The notes beneath the pieces are model-generated. The model searched no databases. It saw only the letters and a program-made list of their open reading frames with translations, and was not told where the DNA came from. DNA of 53,980 bases, counting the filler, from Bipalium vagum (lineage: Eukaryota), in assembly GCA_037834085.1 (NCBI GenBank). It is 2 parts of 2 records of this genome, joined end to end, with 100 filler letters (N's around TTAATTAATTAA, not from the genome) between each part and the next. Parts side by side here need not be neighbours in the genome. Positions count along the whole stretch, not along the records: positions 22,412 to 53,980 come from JBBMKC010251341.1; 1 more part is not named here. One strand, written 5' to 3'. The position numbers and the translations under genes were made by a program. This document shows, in pieces, positions 36,701-49,116 of the stretch (position 1 is the first letter of the stretch; every line of letters starts with the position of its first letter).

Positions 36701-39700
36701 TAAATGGTTTTATTCTAAGCCGACTGATACTAATATTTAAAGATTATTTCTTTCCAAATCAAACGAGCAATTTTCAATTAGAAGAACAAATGTATGGGTT
36801 AAAAATTTGATTTTAATAGTGATAATAAAATAATAATATGAATAAGAAACGCGGGAAAAAGAGAAATATGATCATTCTTTATTGGATCAGATTGCACATT
36901 GTGTTTTCTTATCCTTTTACTTATACAAGATTAGATAATTACCTCTAATTGAATTTTTTATAATTTTACTAAAACAATTTATCATCCCTTCGTGCAATAT
37001 CATTTTTCATTAACAAAAATACGATCCAGATAATTATCACAGAGTCAGGCTGCACTAAATCTGATTTCTGATAAAAAAATTCTTAATAAACCGGCGGCTC
37101 AAATTTCCCCAGTCTTCAATCTGATAATGGATTTTATTGAAAATCCAAGAGGGGGAAAAGTACTCGTATGTCATCATATTTTTAAAAGGTAGCAAAACAA
37201 TTGATTATTATTTTTACTTCAGTTACGAAAGGTAAATATTGACTTTATTAAAATTACTTAAAAAATAATTTATGTAGTCTCCATATTAGTAATTTTTTCA
37301 GAATATATATTTTAATATTATTATTAATAACTATTATGTTAAGTCTCTTTTTACCTCATTAAAAAAATAATTTTCTTTTATAAATATTATAATAATTATA
37401 TAAACCATACCTTAAAAATATTAAATTTTTACGTTTAATTTAATTAATATTAAAATTAATTTTACACTCATTAAAACAAATATTTATAAAATTACTTTCA
37501 TTAAATAATTGGTTCTCGCAACCACAATTAATATTATCATTGAAAAAAATAATCAATATTTATTTTTTTACAATTAAAATTTTAATATTAAAAAATTGAT
37601 GTATATTTTACACTCGTCTTCAATCGAAAATTGATTTCGTCACGAATTGGCAAAGCAAACATTTCTCGTCACTCAGAGAGAAAAAAATGAGGCAAATTCC
37701 AAGCAGAAGATAACTCGCACTGTGAATTTGGTCTTGTTTGGAAATTTAATCATTATGTCATTAAAAATTCATTAATTCAACTATTAAAAAATCTATAATC
37801 CGTTAATGGTGATTTTGGTTTAGTCATTCTCTTTGATTTGTGTCTGGGTACGGTAAAAGAGCCAAGTCTATGGACAGGGATCTATTTTTCATTGGGAATA
37901 TTTTGTTTTTGAGACATATCGTAATATTTAATTGAAAGATCGCCATTGAACAAGACCTTCATCAATTCGTCAATGTTGTGAATGGTGAATTCGTCATTTG
38001 TCTTATTGCTCATCAAATATTTTGCGGACCCATTAATCAAAAATTGACTGTTTTTCAGTCAAACAAGGACGGAATATGTTCATCAGCCCACTTTCTATGA
38101 ATAATTCTCTATGTTCATACATTACTTATCCAGTCAGCTCTGCAATACCAACCGCTGAGATGACGCGACTTGCATTCAACGCAATGTCGTCATATTTTGG
38201 CAGTAGGACGAATTTTCAGCAAATCACTTTGCTCATTAAATATCGATTTAAATAATATTTGTAATTTAATAAAAAAAATAATAATATAGTGGTAATATAT
38301 AATAATATTAATAATGAAATAAGTATATTAAAATTAATATAATAGTAATAATATTAATATTATTATTAAATTGATAATATAATTAATTTAAAAATAATAA
38401 TATTAGAGTATTATAAAATAGTTCGTCGTCTGTGTCCAGTGTTTTCAATAAAAATTCATAATTCTTCTACCAATGCAGTAGCATTACATGTGGTACGATT
38501 ATTACATAATAATAAAGTAATTATTGATTTGACCTGATTTCACACCAGTGGATTTGATAGAGTACAAATAGGACAAAAATTGTTCAATACGGATAATTTA
38601 GAAAATGTGACAGAGAGAGACGGAGTAATTATAGTCAGACAAATGGTCAATCACTCAATCAATCAATCAATAATCTTCAGATGATTTCAAAAGTAAACAA
38701 TTAACATTATAATCATTATTGACTACTGATAATATCGCAAACCACCAATCAATTATAATGGCCAAGATCTTGTCTCCTCCTTTTACAAATATTATCATTT
38801 TAATTGACCTGATATATGGAAAATGATTATCGTCAACCACGCTAAAAGAAGGGTTGATGCTTGTAACATGTTTGACATGTGCCAGAGATATTTTTAACAA
38901 AATTTTAAACTTGGAAAGATCAACATGGAATTATTTTATTTAACGAATACATCCAAAGATTTCACTTTTGATTTTAAATCAATATAAAATATGATTTAAC
39001 CAAAATTAGCATTTTTGAATTCTATTATTCATTATATACATTTAAAAAGATAAAAACATGTTACTATAATACTATCAAATTAGAGAGGTCGCAAAAATTC
39101 TTATTTTTACCAGGACATATTGTATAGTAGAGAAATATTTCCAACACGAGATTATTATTAAAGGAAAGACAATAAAAGAAAACGGAAAGAAACCACCGTT
39201 TTATATTCAATAATAGGGAATAATGAAAATTTAGTGATATAAGGATAATTCAATTTTTTCGAAGAAAAATAATTTACTAAGAGATAATAACATCATTTTA
39301 CTAATATTGTGATAAAATCGATATATAGTTTCTCTTTATTTAATATATATAATTAATNNNNNNNNNNNNNNNNNNNNNNNNNNNNNNNNNNNNNNNNNNN
39401 NNNNNNNNNNNNNNNNNNNNNNNNNNNNNNNNNNNNNNNNNNNNNNNNNNNNNNNNNNNNNNNNNNNNNNNNNNNNNNNNNNNNNNNNNTAACAATGGTA
39501 ATGAAATGAAAAATTAATTTTAAAAAATATTACCTATATTAATGGTCTCAATTATCGAATATAGCTCAGAATCTTCTTGGGGATTGCCTACTGAAGCTAT
39601 TAAGCTGCTGCCAACAATTGACCAAGATACCCAAGGAACCCAAGAAAACTCTGAGTAGAATCTCCAATGAGCAATGTGTTCACCTTTTTCCCAATCTATG

Positions 39701-42700
39701 AAACGAATTTCTCGATCTCTGAAAAGTTATACCTTCATTATTTCAACTTCAGGCAAAATTTCAGAAATAATATTAGTTCAAGAAAATAATTTTTTTTTAA
39801 TTTTAAATTTTTAAAAAGGATTGTCAAGGTCTCAGACTTGGGTACTTTTAATGATGATAATAATAAAGCCTTCGTTGTTCAGAAGACCACGATTTAATAA
39901 TAGCTTAAGATCATCATTAAATTACCTTTCAAAAAGTTGTAAATAAAAAACATTTAGCTAGATTTAAAAACAATTTAATTAATTAAAAGTTAAAGAATAT
40001 TAATTTTATTAATAAAAATAATTAATTAAAAGTGAATAATGTAAGAATTATAAAATAAGCTTTTTCTTATAACATTAAAATATCATAAAATTCATTGAAT
40101 TTCAATTTAATAATAATAATATTGATCGATAATAAATAAATCAATATTATAAAAAATGACTTCTGTTTATCATTGATAAGTTGAAGAATCTTAAAACCTT
40201 TATGAAGCATTATAGGAATACTCATTAAAAAATATTAAAAGAATAAATGATGCTGCTGCTCTAACATGAAAGAAGCTTCAAGAAGCACATTAAAAAGTAG
40301 GATTTTATTTTTAAAAATATAGCAGTATAATAAGGGAATTAGAAAAATATTAAATTAAGGAAGCCACCCCAAACTATACAAGTCAAATAATAAATGTGGA
40401 ATTCTCAACGTCTACGAATATCAAAACGGCCTATTATATAAAACAGATTTCTGATGAAAAAAGTCTAAAATTAAAGAAAACTCTTCAATACAACCTATGG
40501 TTAACTAAAAGAAAAAAGCTTTGGTTTTCAATGAATTCGTCGAATTAAATACAAACAGTGAGGTAAAAGTGGACTTTAGGGGTCATTATTATTTCAATAT
40601 AATTTATTGATTTAATTATTAATAATGTATTTATTAAAAATTAAAATATTTTTAAATTAATATGACCGGACTAGAAATTTAACAATCATTGTGGATAATA
40701 TATTAGAATATAAGAATTTTAGTGATGAAAGGTATGATCTAAAGTAACATGATATCCATATATATTTGTAAAGGTATGATATCAACACAATAGCAAAAAT
40801 TGATGCCATTCCTTGGTTAGCCCAAAGAATTTTAATCAAGAATTCTATGGAATGTGCAAAATGTTTCCAACATTGTACTTTAGTTATAGACAACAAAAGG
40901 CTAGATGGATTCAGGTGGCGATGCAGACCCTGCAAATTCACCAAATCAATTAGGGATGGTAGTTTTTTTACAAGATCGCACCTTTCATTATCAACAATAA
41001 TAAGAATTATTTATATGTGAACAAAAGGCTATCCGAACCGTATAATTATTAATGAATTAAAAGTTGATAAGAAAACGGTAGTAGACTGGAGAAACTTTAT
41101 ACAGGATTTATGTATCTCATGGAAGGATAAAAGAACCCTTAGGTGGAATTTGAAATGATGGTGAATTTGCGGAGGTTGAAATCGATGAATCTGCATTTGG
41201 CAAGCGAAAATATCAGAGGTAGGAAAACGAATACAAGATGGGTATTTGGAGGTGTAGAAAGGCATTCAAACCGTATATTTTTAAACGTAGTTGCGGGATG
41301 AAAATACCCTACTACCTCTGATTTATAAATGGATTTCGGCAGGAACTCGTGTTTATTCTGATGCATGTCGCGGGTTTATAAATCTTGAGGAAAAATCTTC
41401 CGGAAAGTATCAACATAATGTTGTTGTACATCAACATAATTTTGTTGATCCTTGTGATCTGAGAATAAATACCCAAAATATTGAGAATGTATGGAATATT
41501 ATAAAGCACCATATTCATCATCATCGGACTAGTGGTACTTTATTAAAATCATATCTAACCGAGGCAATGTGGCGATCAAATCTAAAAAATGATGCTTTTG
41601 TGTCGATTTCGTATGAAATTATTTCTGATTACAAATTGTAAAAAATTAATATTTTTTACTTTTTAATTAGATTTTCATATAAAAATATATTTCCAACCAT
41701 TATTTAAATATTTATCGATAAAAAATCATTAAATTATAATGAAATAATAATGACCCCTAACGTTCACTTTTACCAATAAAGATTTAATTTCTTTCCTGCA
41801 TATACCCCTTTTCGAAAAATGATAATTTGATGGTTCAAGATCAGGGTTGTACGGTAGATGCGTAACTTTTTTTTTAATCAGTAACTAGAAAATTTATTCA
41901 ATTTCTACTTAAGAAATAAAAATTTGAAAAAATAAACTTTTGCAAAACATTTTTACTCAATTCACTCATTATTAATTTTATATTTTAACATAAAATCAAC
42001 TTTAATGCTTTTACTCAATACAAATGAACTTTCTGCCAAGCCGCCCTATTCATATTTAGAGTAACCCATGTTTTCCCAATAAAATCAAAATGAAACTTTA
42101 AGAATGAGACTTAGTTGAGAATTGATTCATATAAATTAATATTATTGATTCTTTATTATAATATTTTTAATAAAAATTTTAATAATTATAATTAATGAAG
42201 TCAATAAAAATGATAATAAAAATTTTATTTTAATAAGTCAAATAATATATTAAATAAACAATAAAATCAATATAGAATTATAAAAATAAAATCTTGATAA
42301 AATTAATAAAATATAAATAAGAACTCATAATAAAATCAATAAAAAATCTTAATAAAATATAATAAAAATAATCACCTTGCCAAAGTCATGATAGATCGAA
42401 AATGGTGAAATTTAATGGAATAAGTTATCATAGAATTTGAAGGCCAATTCCAGACTTTTTGGTATTTGCACTCAGACTTTTGACTCTGAAAAATATCCCA
42501 CAACATCACCGTGCCGGTGACATTGCTGCAGGCAATGATGTTTTTGAAATACGGGTGCCACTGAGAGTAAGAGGACAATTGAAAGCAAATTAAAAGCAAT
42601 TTAAATACCGAAATAGTATAAATCGGACTGGTGGATCCTGTTAAGTTATACACCAGGTCACCGGACACAGAGCAATAGATTCCAACAGAATTTTGAGACG

Positions 42701-42967
42701 TCGCAACAGCGAAGAACGATTTATCAATGCTCATAACAATGAGAAATGCTTTGATATTATTAGCCGACGATGTGGGATCATTTCGAACCGTTGAGATTTT
42801 AGAATCATTGTTGGTTATGAGATTTTGTTGCAGAGATAATTGTCTGCAACGATGAGTTGAAAATAACCCATGTTCTCTGCGTCGGATGTAATTAATTACT
42901 GTAAATTCCGAGTTCTAAACAAAAACCTAAAATAGTGTTCAATTAACTACCCGAGAAACGTTACCAT
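24747..42967 (-). CDS. AMBRA1: AMBRA1 (split WD40 DCAF, autophagy/cyclin D regulator), ~932 aa model; exons 42967-42965, 42914-42609, 42560-42376, 39718-39534, (34485-34481), 34442-33759, 29772-29538, 28731-28574, 27410-27360, 27328-26596, 25000-24747
   Basis: The N-terminal VINYIRRREHG...AFLIVMSIDKSFFA...WHPYFKNIIAC...GTVMLWD...IKFH...EIRFIDW matches AMBRA1 N-terminal WD blades. The C-terminal SYCIRKW...SNIIVPC...LSKCGRTVAVFVP...NAISLDFSPLGDYLVVG...VNCAVW..GGLLFSRESGTI matches the C-terminal blades. The proposed exons sum to 2799 nt in one frame. The middle exons are supported only by phase and open frames. Confidence 0.85.
26205..26465 (+). mobile_element. Merlin/IS1595-like transposase C-terminal fragment (AMBRA1 intron)
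   Basis: EWRSY...TVNHKMNLVD..TGAYTQRIESIW...YLYEWMWR. Confidence 0.85.
35520..36035 (-). mobile_element. Internally deleted Tc1-like element with intact ~30-bp TIRs
   Basis: CAATCTGTTACACTGAATTGCCCAGTAAAA and TTTTACTGGACAATTCAGTGTAACAGATTG, TA-flanked; internal Q*DNAP and SDSNPMEN remnants. Confidence 0.88.
36075..36295 (+). mobile_element. Mariner 3' end fragment
   Basis: RWEKVLTSSGEYFEK* followed by TIR-like AAAACTTATTTACACACCTAATA. Confidence 0.7.
39358..39489. other. Assembly gap inside AMBRA1 intron
   Basis: Run of N. Confidence 0.99.
40562..41774 (+). mobile_element. Near full-length Merlin (IS1595/ISXO2-like) DNA transposon with a disrupted transposase
   Basis: ~40-bp TIRs (GGTAAAAGTGGACTTTAGGGGTCATTATTATTTCA versus reverse complement of the right end GGTAAAAGTGAACGTTAGGGGTCATTATTATTTCA). 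Zinc ribbon CAKC...DGFRWRCRPC..KSIRDGSFF; VEIDESAFGKRKY; WVFGGVER; VYSDACRG; NTQNIENVW; stops and frameshifts present. Confidence 0.95.
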
Positions 42968-44004
42968 GTTGATCTAGTCCTTAACACTAACATAGCTAAT
43001 TAATTTCAATTGACAATGCTTCATTCACAAAATAAGTGATTATTTAAAATTTCGCCGAATTTTTAATTATTCTGAACATTTAAAACAATTGTTAAGTTGA
43101 ATGGATAGAGTCTCATAGGAAATTAATACAAACATTTTTGAATTTAAATAAATATTTGAAATAATTTACTTGAACTTTTTGTTGAAAATCTATAAATTTA
43201 ATTAAACTCTTTGTTAATTATTCATTTTTGAATATATTAATTAAAATCAAAATGAGAGTTATTAAAGCTATTAAAATAATAAATTGTAGATTACCAAGAA
43301 TTTTAAGATATAAATTCTTTAGAAGTTTTTATTAATAAATAAAATATTACTCTTAAATAATTTTTACAGTTATAATTTTAAAATTATGAAGACTTGTTCT
43401 TACAGATTTTGTTACAATTAATAACTTCATATATTGATTGAAAGAAAGGATCTCTTGAATTTGTAAAGACTTCTATCAACAAACACCATGAAGAAATACA
43501 AGAAAAAAAAAGACAGAATCCTATACTGATAGCTCAACGGGAGAATAAAGAAGAATCGCATTTAACTATTATTTTGAGATCCACAGTAAAACTGGTATAA
43601 AACCAATCAGGTCAAACTCAAAATCAAAAGAAAAAGATTCCAACAGATTCAGAAGCCGTTGGACAGTGACGACAGCTCTCCGAAACTTGTAATCGACATT
43701 GGAAACATTTGATATTTAATATTTGATTTAAATTTAAATTTACATTTTATATTTGAATTGATATGCATGAAGAGGCTTCGTAAGGCCTACTATCTTTATT
43801 TTTACACCTCTAAATAAAGGATCTGATTTTATATTTTATATTGTAAAAATAATATTTAAATAATTAATAAAATTATAAATAATAATCATTTTTAAAAGTT
43901 AAATTAAATATATTAAAATTGGACTTATATATAAAATTAAAATATTAACCCACATGATTAAGCATTATTATTATTATAGAAATTAAATAATTTACCATAA
44001 AAAA

Positions 44005-45826
44005 TGTTGTGGAAGTAGGGTTACTAAATATATTAAGTTCTATAGTATAATAACTTACTTAAAATAGTTAACACCTGTGCAAATTCTATTGTTAGTAAAA
44101 AACTTACTTAAAATAGAAACCGCTCACATATAAAATTATATTTATTAAGTTAGAATAGACCCAATGAGAAGCTCTAGAATGTGGAAAACAGGAGTATATA
44201 AGCACCTGGTTTTCACATTCCAAACATCCTTAATCAATCTGAGAATACGCATACTGCTATTCAAATTAAAGATATTTTTTAGATGCCGGTAATAATAATA
44301 GGTAGGAATTTGTATTAATTCCAAAAGTGTTTAATTGTTAAGTTTAATTCCAATTGAGTTAAACTTAAATAAATAAATAATTAAAATTTATTTAGTGATA
44401 GAAGGAAATTTTTCTCATCACTCACTTTTTAATATTTTCTTTATTATTTTTTATTGTTTTCTCTCTAATTCGATTCTGCTTCGCTTTAGGCTACAGAATA
44501 CGCATTTTTGTTATTAGAACTTCTTCGACTATCGTAAAGTCAAGAAGATATTTTATTAATTAATTAATCGTTTGTAATTTTAAATATTATTTGATTGATT
44601 GAATAGATTTCTAACGTTGCATCTGTGATAACAAATATACCTTATTTTGTTAATAGCTTTGTTTATTCGTGAGTTTTTTATTATTTACACTTACTTCGAG
44701 GGAGTTGGTGAGCCTATTTGTAAGCCCCTTGTAAAAATTTAGCTTGGGACCAAAACCGTTACATTTGATGAACCCGACGTGATAAAAAATCCGTCGCATT
44801 TTTTGAAATATTTAGAAGAGATAAAAGTAATTGACGAGGTAAATAATAATGGAAGAGAAGCGAATAAAAATACCAATCTATAAAGGAAGTTCATGTGATT
44901 TTCCAAAATTTACATCTGAATAATATCAGACCATGAATGGTTTAGGTAAATCAGATGAGCAGATGGTTACAAGGTTAGCTTTATCCTTTAAACATGGACA
45001 AGTTCGAGATTTTCTACGGAAAATACTCGCAAAGGATTTACAGGAGCACGAAGCAGCTCCGGAATGAATTGCATAATCCTGGAATGGAACATCCAGCATA
45101 TAAACTAATGTCCTTTAAAGATGTAATAAAGGAATTAGAGAAATTAATTCTCATATTAGATGTGAGCAGGTTATTAAGAAATTGATTTTATGAGCGGAGT
45201 CAAAGCTTAAATTAATATGTATCAGAGTATACATATCAAATTACATTACTAGCCGGAGAGCATTCGGACCACGAGAAGCGTGGGCCGCGACTACAATTGC
45301 AATGATAAAGGATCAATGGTGGGCAGGATTAAACCCAACCATTAGAGCCAAATTAGCACTCTGCAGTAATGAAACTGTTGAGCAATTAACCCAAAAGGCT
45401 ATGCTGATCGAAGCAAGTCTGGGAAGTAAATCTCTTTTCGTTGTGCAAACGAATCCTAAAAAAATCTGCAGTAAGTGCAATAGAGTTTTTCACACTGCGG
45501 CAAATTGCTTGGTAAGAACCAAGCTATATATAAATAATAATAGTAATAATTCGAATGAAATGCAGTCACGTAGAGAAATATCAAGGGATCAACTGAAACA
45601 AAGGCTTAAGATATGTCAAAATTGTGGTAGAGAAAACCACCAAACGAAGAATGGTTTTCTAGCACAACTTAGCTTAACACACACAATAGCTTATCGTAAA
45701 GGGGCTATGTGGTTTTTTAAATGTATAATATTATTAATAAAAAATTATATTTTGAACACGTTGATAGAAAAATGTTTCACTTGTGACGAAGATAGTTACA
45801 TGGTTAATTATGACAAGGAGGTGTAA
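44005..45826 (+). mobile_element. 5' part of an LTR retrotransposon: putative LTR 44005-44763 (TG...CA), PBS 44766-44783, degenerate gag
   Basis: TGATGAACCCGACGTGAT matches the tRNA-Trp PBS consensus TGGTGACCCCGACGTGAT at 16/18. Gag shows IKDQWWAGL and knuckles CSKCNRVFHTAANC and CQNCGRENHQTKNG. The LTR 5' boundary is inferred. Confidence 0.82.
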
Positions 45827-45840
45827 TTTTTATTATAACA

Positions 45841-46070
45841 TTAGGTGTACAACTATGACTCCGGATTTTTAAAATAAGAAAACAGACATTTATAACAAAT
45901 ATTTTCCACTGGAAGCTACAATCTTTGCCCACCTTTCAGGTAACGAATGAATTCCATGAAAGAAAAACTCAGGCTCTTTTGATGAAATCCAGCTGTCAAT
46001 CCAATTTTGGAGGTCTTCAAGGGAACTAAACCACTCTCCGGAAAGTGCTGATTGCAAAGAGAACTTACTA
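45841..46070 (-). mobile_element. Mariner 3' end (TIR plus C-terminus)
   Basis: TIR TTAGGTGTACAACTATGACTCCGG; minus strand GIHSLPERWAKIVASSGKY. Confidence 0.85.
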
Positions 46071-46957
46071 AATATAACCTCTCACATATCAATATTTTTC
46101 TCATATTAATATATTTTTAGTAAGTTTTATTTTCTGATTCATTATAATTATTTTTACCAATTTTGTGGGTTACGTTTCAACCCACAATTTATATTATTAT
46201 TTATTTATTTATATTAATTAAAAACTGATATATAATTTAAATATTATTATTTTTATAAAAAATAAATTAAAATATAAAATAACACATGAAAAGAATCATA
46301 ATATAAGAGAAAGTAAGCCTAACAAGACTTTTTCATGCAAATTTTCACAATTAAAATGTTATTTAAGTGTCAATTATGAGCTTTGGAGAATCATCCTTCA
46401 TAAGCTCTTGTTCTGGCTGTAGCGGCTCTGGCTCCTTTATGGACTTTGAATTTGAATTGATGGGTGCTGGGACCTCTATTTCTATGGATCCCAACAATGG
46501 CATTGATAAGTTATGTGACGTTTATAAATTGTCTCTCTAACTGACCGTTTGTATTATGATAACAGGGGGTAGGATATTTAATTTCTTCGTCTATGCGTTT
46601 TGCAAATTCCTGCATTCCTTCCGAGGTAAATATCTTTAATATGAAAATGAGTCAGGTAAGATAAATTACGTCATTAATAACGTATAAATTCAGTACATAA
46701 GTCATCAAGTATATATTATTTGTGAACTAGGAATAAAATAGTAAAAATATCAAATTAATTACAGTAAAATTAAAGTGCTAGCTAATTCTTAAAATTGGAA
46801 AAAGGTAGTCAAATTTTAATTTAGAAACAAAACAAATTAATACTTTGAAGAGAGCAATACATAGAGTTTTGAATGCAATATAGTAATAAATAATAATTAA
46901 TATTCAATATTAAATAATCTTTATATAAGTTATTTAAATTATATTTTGATGTACATA

Positions 46958-47540
46958 CATCTGTGGTTAAAAGTCGCCGGACAGACTATTTTTTTCTTTT
47001 TTGAGTTGATGGTGTGCTATCATTATTCAGATTTTCAATGCTTAATCAGTTTTCAAAATCCTGACATACTATTATTCTAAAAATCACTTTATATTATTTT
47101 TGTCGATAAATATCTACGTAAGCATAATCTTAGTTTTGTTAAATTTTACAGTTTTTTCGTAGTTTCGACCAAATGTGTATTGGTTTTAAGAGAAAATTTA
47201 ACTATTGGGCTAGTCTGGGATTTCGCCTGATCTGAATCCAATTGAAAATTTGTGGAAAGTCTAAAAAGGAAGGTACGACTTCATGCACCAAGTAATTTAC
47301 AAGACCTCTACTACTGAATAAAGAGAGTCTTGAATATGGAAGTATCTGAAGATATCTGCCACAAGCTGGTCGCTTCCATTTCTAGATGCATCCAGGAAGT
47401 GAAAATATGCAGAGGACAGATGTCTAAATATTAATGATCATGATCAAATTGGGTAGTGATGTTTTGTCTTACTGTAACGTGCTTGTAATGATAAAATAAT
47501 GAAAATTTTCTGAGTGTCCGGTGACTTTTAGCTACAGTTG
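46958..47540 (+). mobile_element. Internally deleted Tc1 element with TIRs
   Basis: TA-flanked CATCTGTGGTTAAAAGTCGCCGGACA and TGTCCGGTGACTTTTAGCTACAGTTG; internal SPDLNPIENLW. Confidence 0.88.
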
Positions 47541-47784
47541 TATAAACAAAACACGTGCAAAATATTCTGAACAACGTAATATTAAAAAAATATTCCATTG
47601 TTATCGAAGTAATTATTTTAACAAGTTGAGGGTGACTGAACATTTTTGCTAGGGTCAAATAGTCACCTTGTGTGTCAATTTTTTAATTAAATTAAAATTA
47701 TAAAATAAGGAAATTAATTTCAAACGATTTTTTGAAAATTGAACTTTAATCAATAATTTAATTATATAAATAAAATATTAACTA

Positions 47785-48273
47785 ATGAAATGGGACACTG
47801 TTTTATTACTTTTAGATTATGTAAGCGACGTGGAAAATTCCAACTCATTTGTGGCTTCATTCATATTCCTTTCTTTTCTGATAGAGATATTTTATGTGAT
47901 TGATCCCAATCCCATAACGTTTTTCGGATTTATGTTCTCAGTGTATCACTTGGTGGAGTTTTATTTGGACGGAGAAGATAATTATTTCTATTTGTTGACT
48001 TATAGAATTATTGATAAAAGAGAAGAAAAGCTGCAAGATATTTATAATTTTATCTTTTATCTCAAGTCGCATTTGTCAAACACATTGGATTTAATGAAAT
48101 ATTTGAGAAACAATAATAGTGGGTTATTCTTATCATTACTGATCCCTTTGAATTGTGTTATTTTTGCGATCTGCCTTAAATTTAATAACTGGATAATATT
48201 TTATGCATTCTTATGTATACTTTATTGTATTCCTATTTTAAAAAGGCGACAAATCTTGCCAAATCCAACGTAA
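47785..48273 (+). CDS. ARL6IP1: ARL6IP1-like reticulon-homology ER-shaping membrane protein, intronless, divergent
   Basis: Collinear with ARL6IP1 as recalled: WDTVLLLLDYV ~ WGEVMLMADKV; IFYVIDPNPIT ~ IIYYLDPSVLS; LVEFYL ~ LADYLV; FNNWIIFY..L..IPIL ~ VHNLLLTY..LLLPGL; two long hydrophobic hairpins. Confidence 0.72.
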   Translation: MKWDTVLLLLDYVSDVENSNSFVASFIFLSFLIEIFYVIDPNPITFFGFMFSVYHLVEFYLDGEDNYFYLLTYRIIDKREEKLQDIYNFIFYLKSHLSNTLDLMKYLRNNNSGLFLSLLIPLNCVIFAICLKFNNWIIFYAFLCILYCIPILKRRQILPNPT

Positions 48274-49116
48274 TTTTCTTTAATTGTAAAAAGATTTGTT
48301 TCAAATTCAATATTTGATTGAAATGAGAAAAATTTTATTTATATTGAAATTTTTATTTATTACCATTTCATTTAAATGTAATTTCAATAGGATACAAAAT
48401 GGAAGTGAAAATTTTTATGTGGATCATGCTTCTAATCCTCATTTCACAATTTTATCATGATAAGTAAAGTTTATTCCCCAAGATAGTTATTAGGTTTGTG
48501 CAAAAAGAACTAAAGTTTTTTTATTGATTAAATATTTTTAAAAAATATTGTTTAAATGAATTAAATAAAGTATTAACAAATATAATAAGTACAAATATTC
48601 CAATTATTATGAAAGTTCACAAAACTAATGTTTATCATTCAACTAAACTGAAAAAAAGTACTATTATTATTGTTATTATTATTATTTAATAATTCAAAAC
48701 AACATAACTTCGTTTACTATTATCTGATTTAATCAACAATCAGAAAAGCAATAATCTATATTTCTATCAATCACAAAATTTTCAATTGAATGAAAGCTGA
48801 CATCGATTACCAAATCGTTAATAAAATCAAGAAAGCAATTAAATAAAATACAAAACCGTTAATAAAAGAAAATGAATAATCAAAGCTTAATTATTATTTT
48901 GTTAAAATCACAATAATATTAAATCAAATATAAAAAAATAGGTACAGTATTATGTAAATAAAATAAATACAAAAACAAAAAAAAAGATACATTTACTTAT
49001 TCTTTTTCTTTATCCGGGCTGTTAGTGGTTCACAAAGTAATAGTCCGTTGGGTTGGGAACCTGTACAAAAATTAAATCAACTCATACATGGTCAAGGATT
49101 TTCAAAAACTTCCATT

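Noticed and set aside
44766-44783. tRNA gene fragment
   Set aside because: Only the 18-nt complement of a tRNA 3' end directly after an LTR end; it is a primer-binding site.
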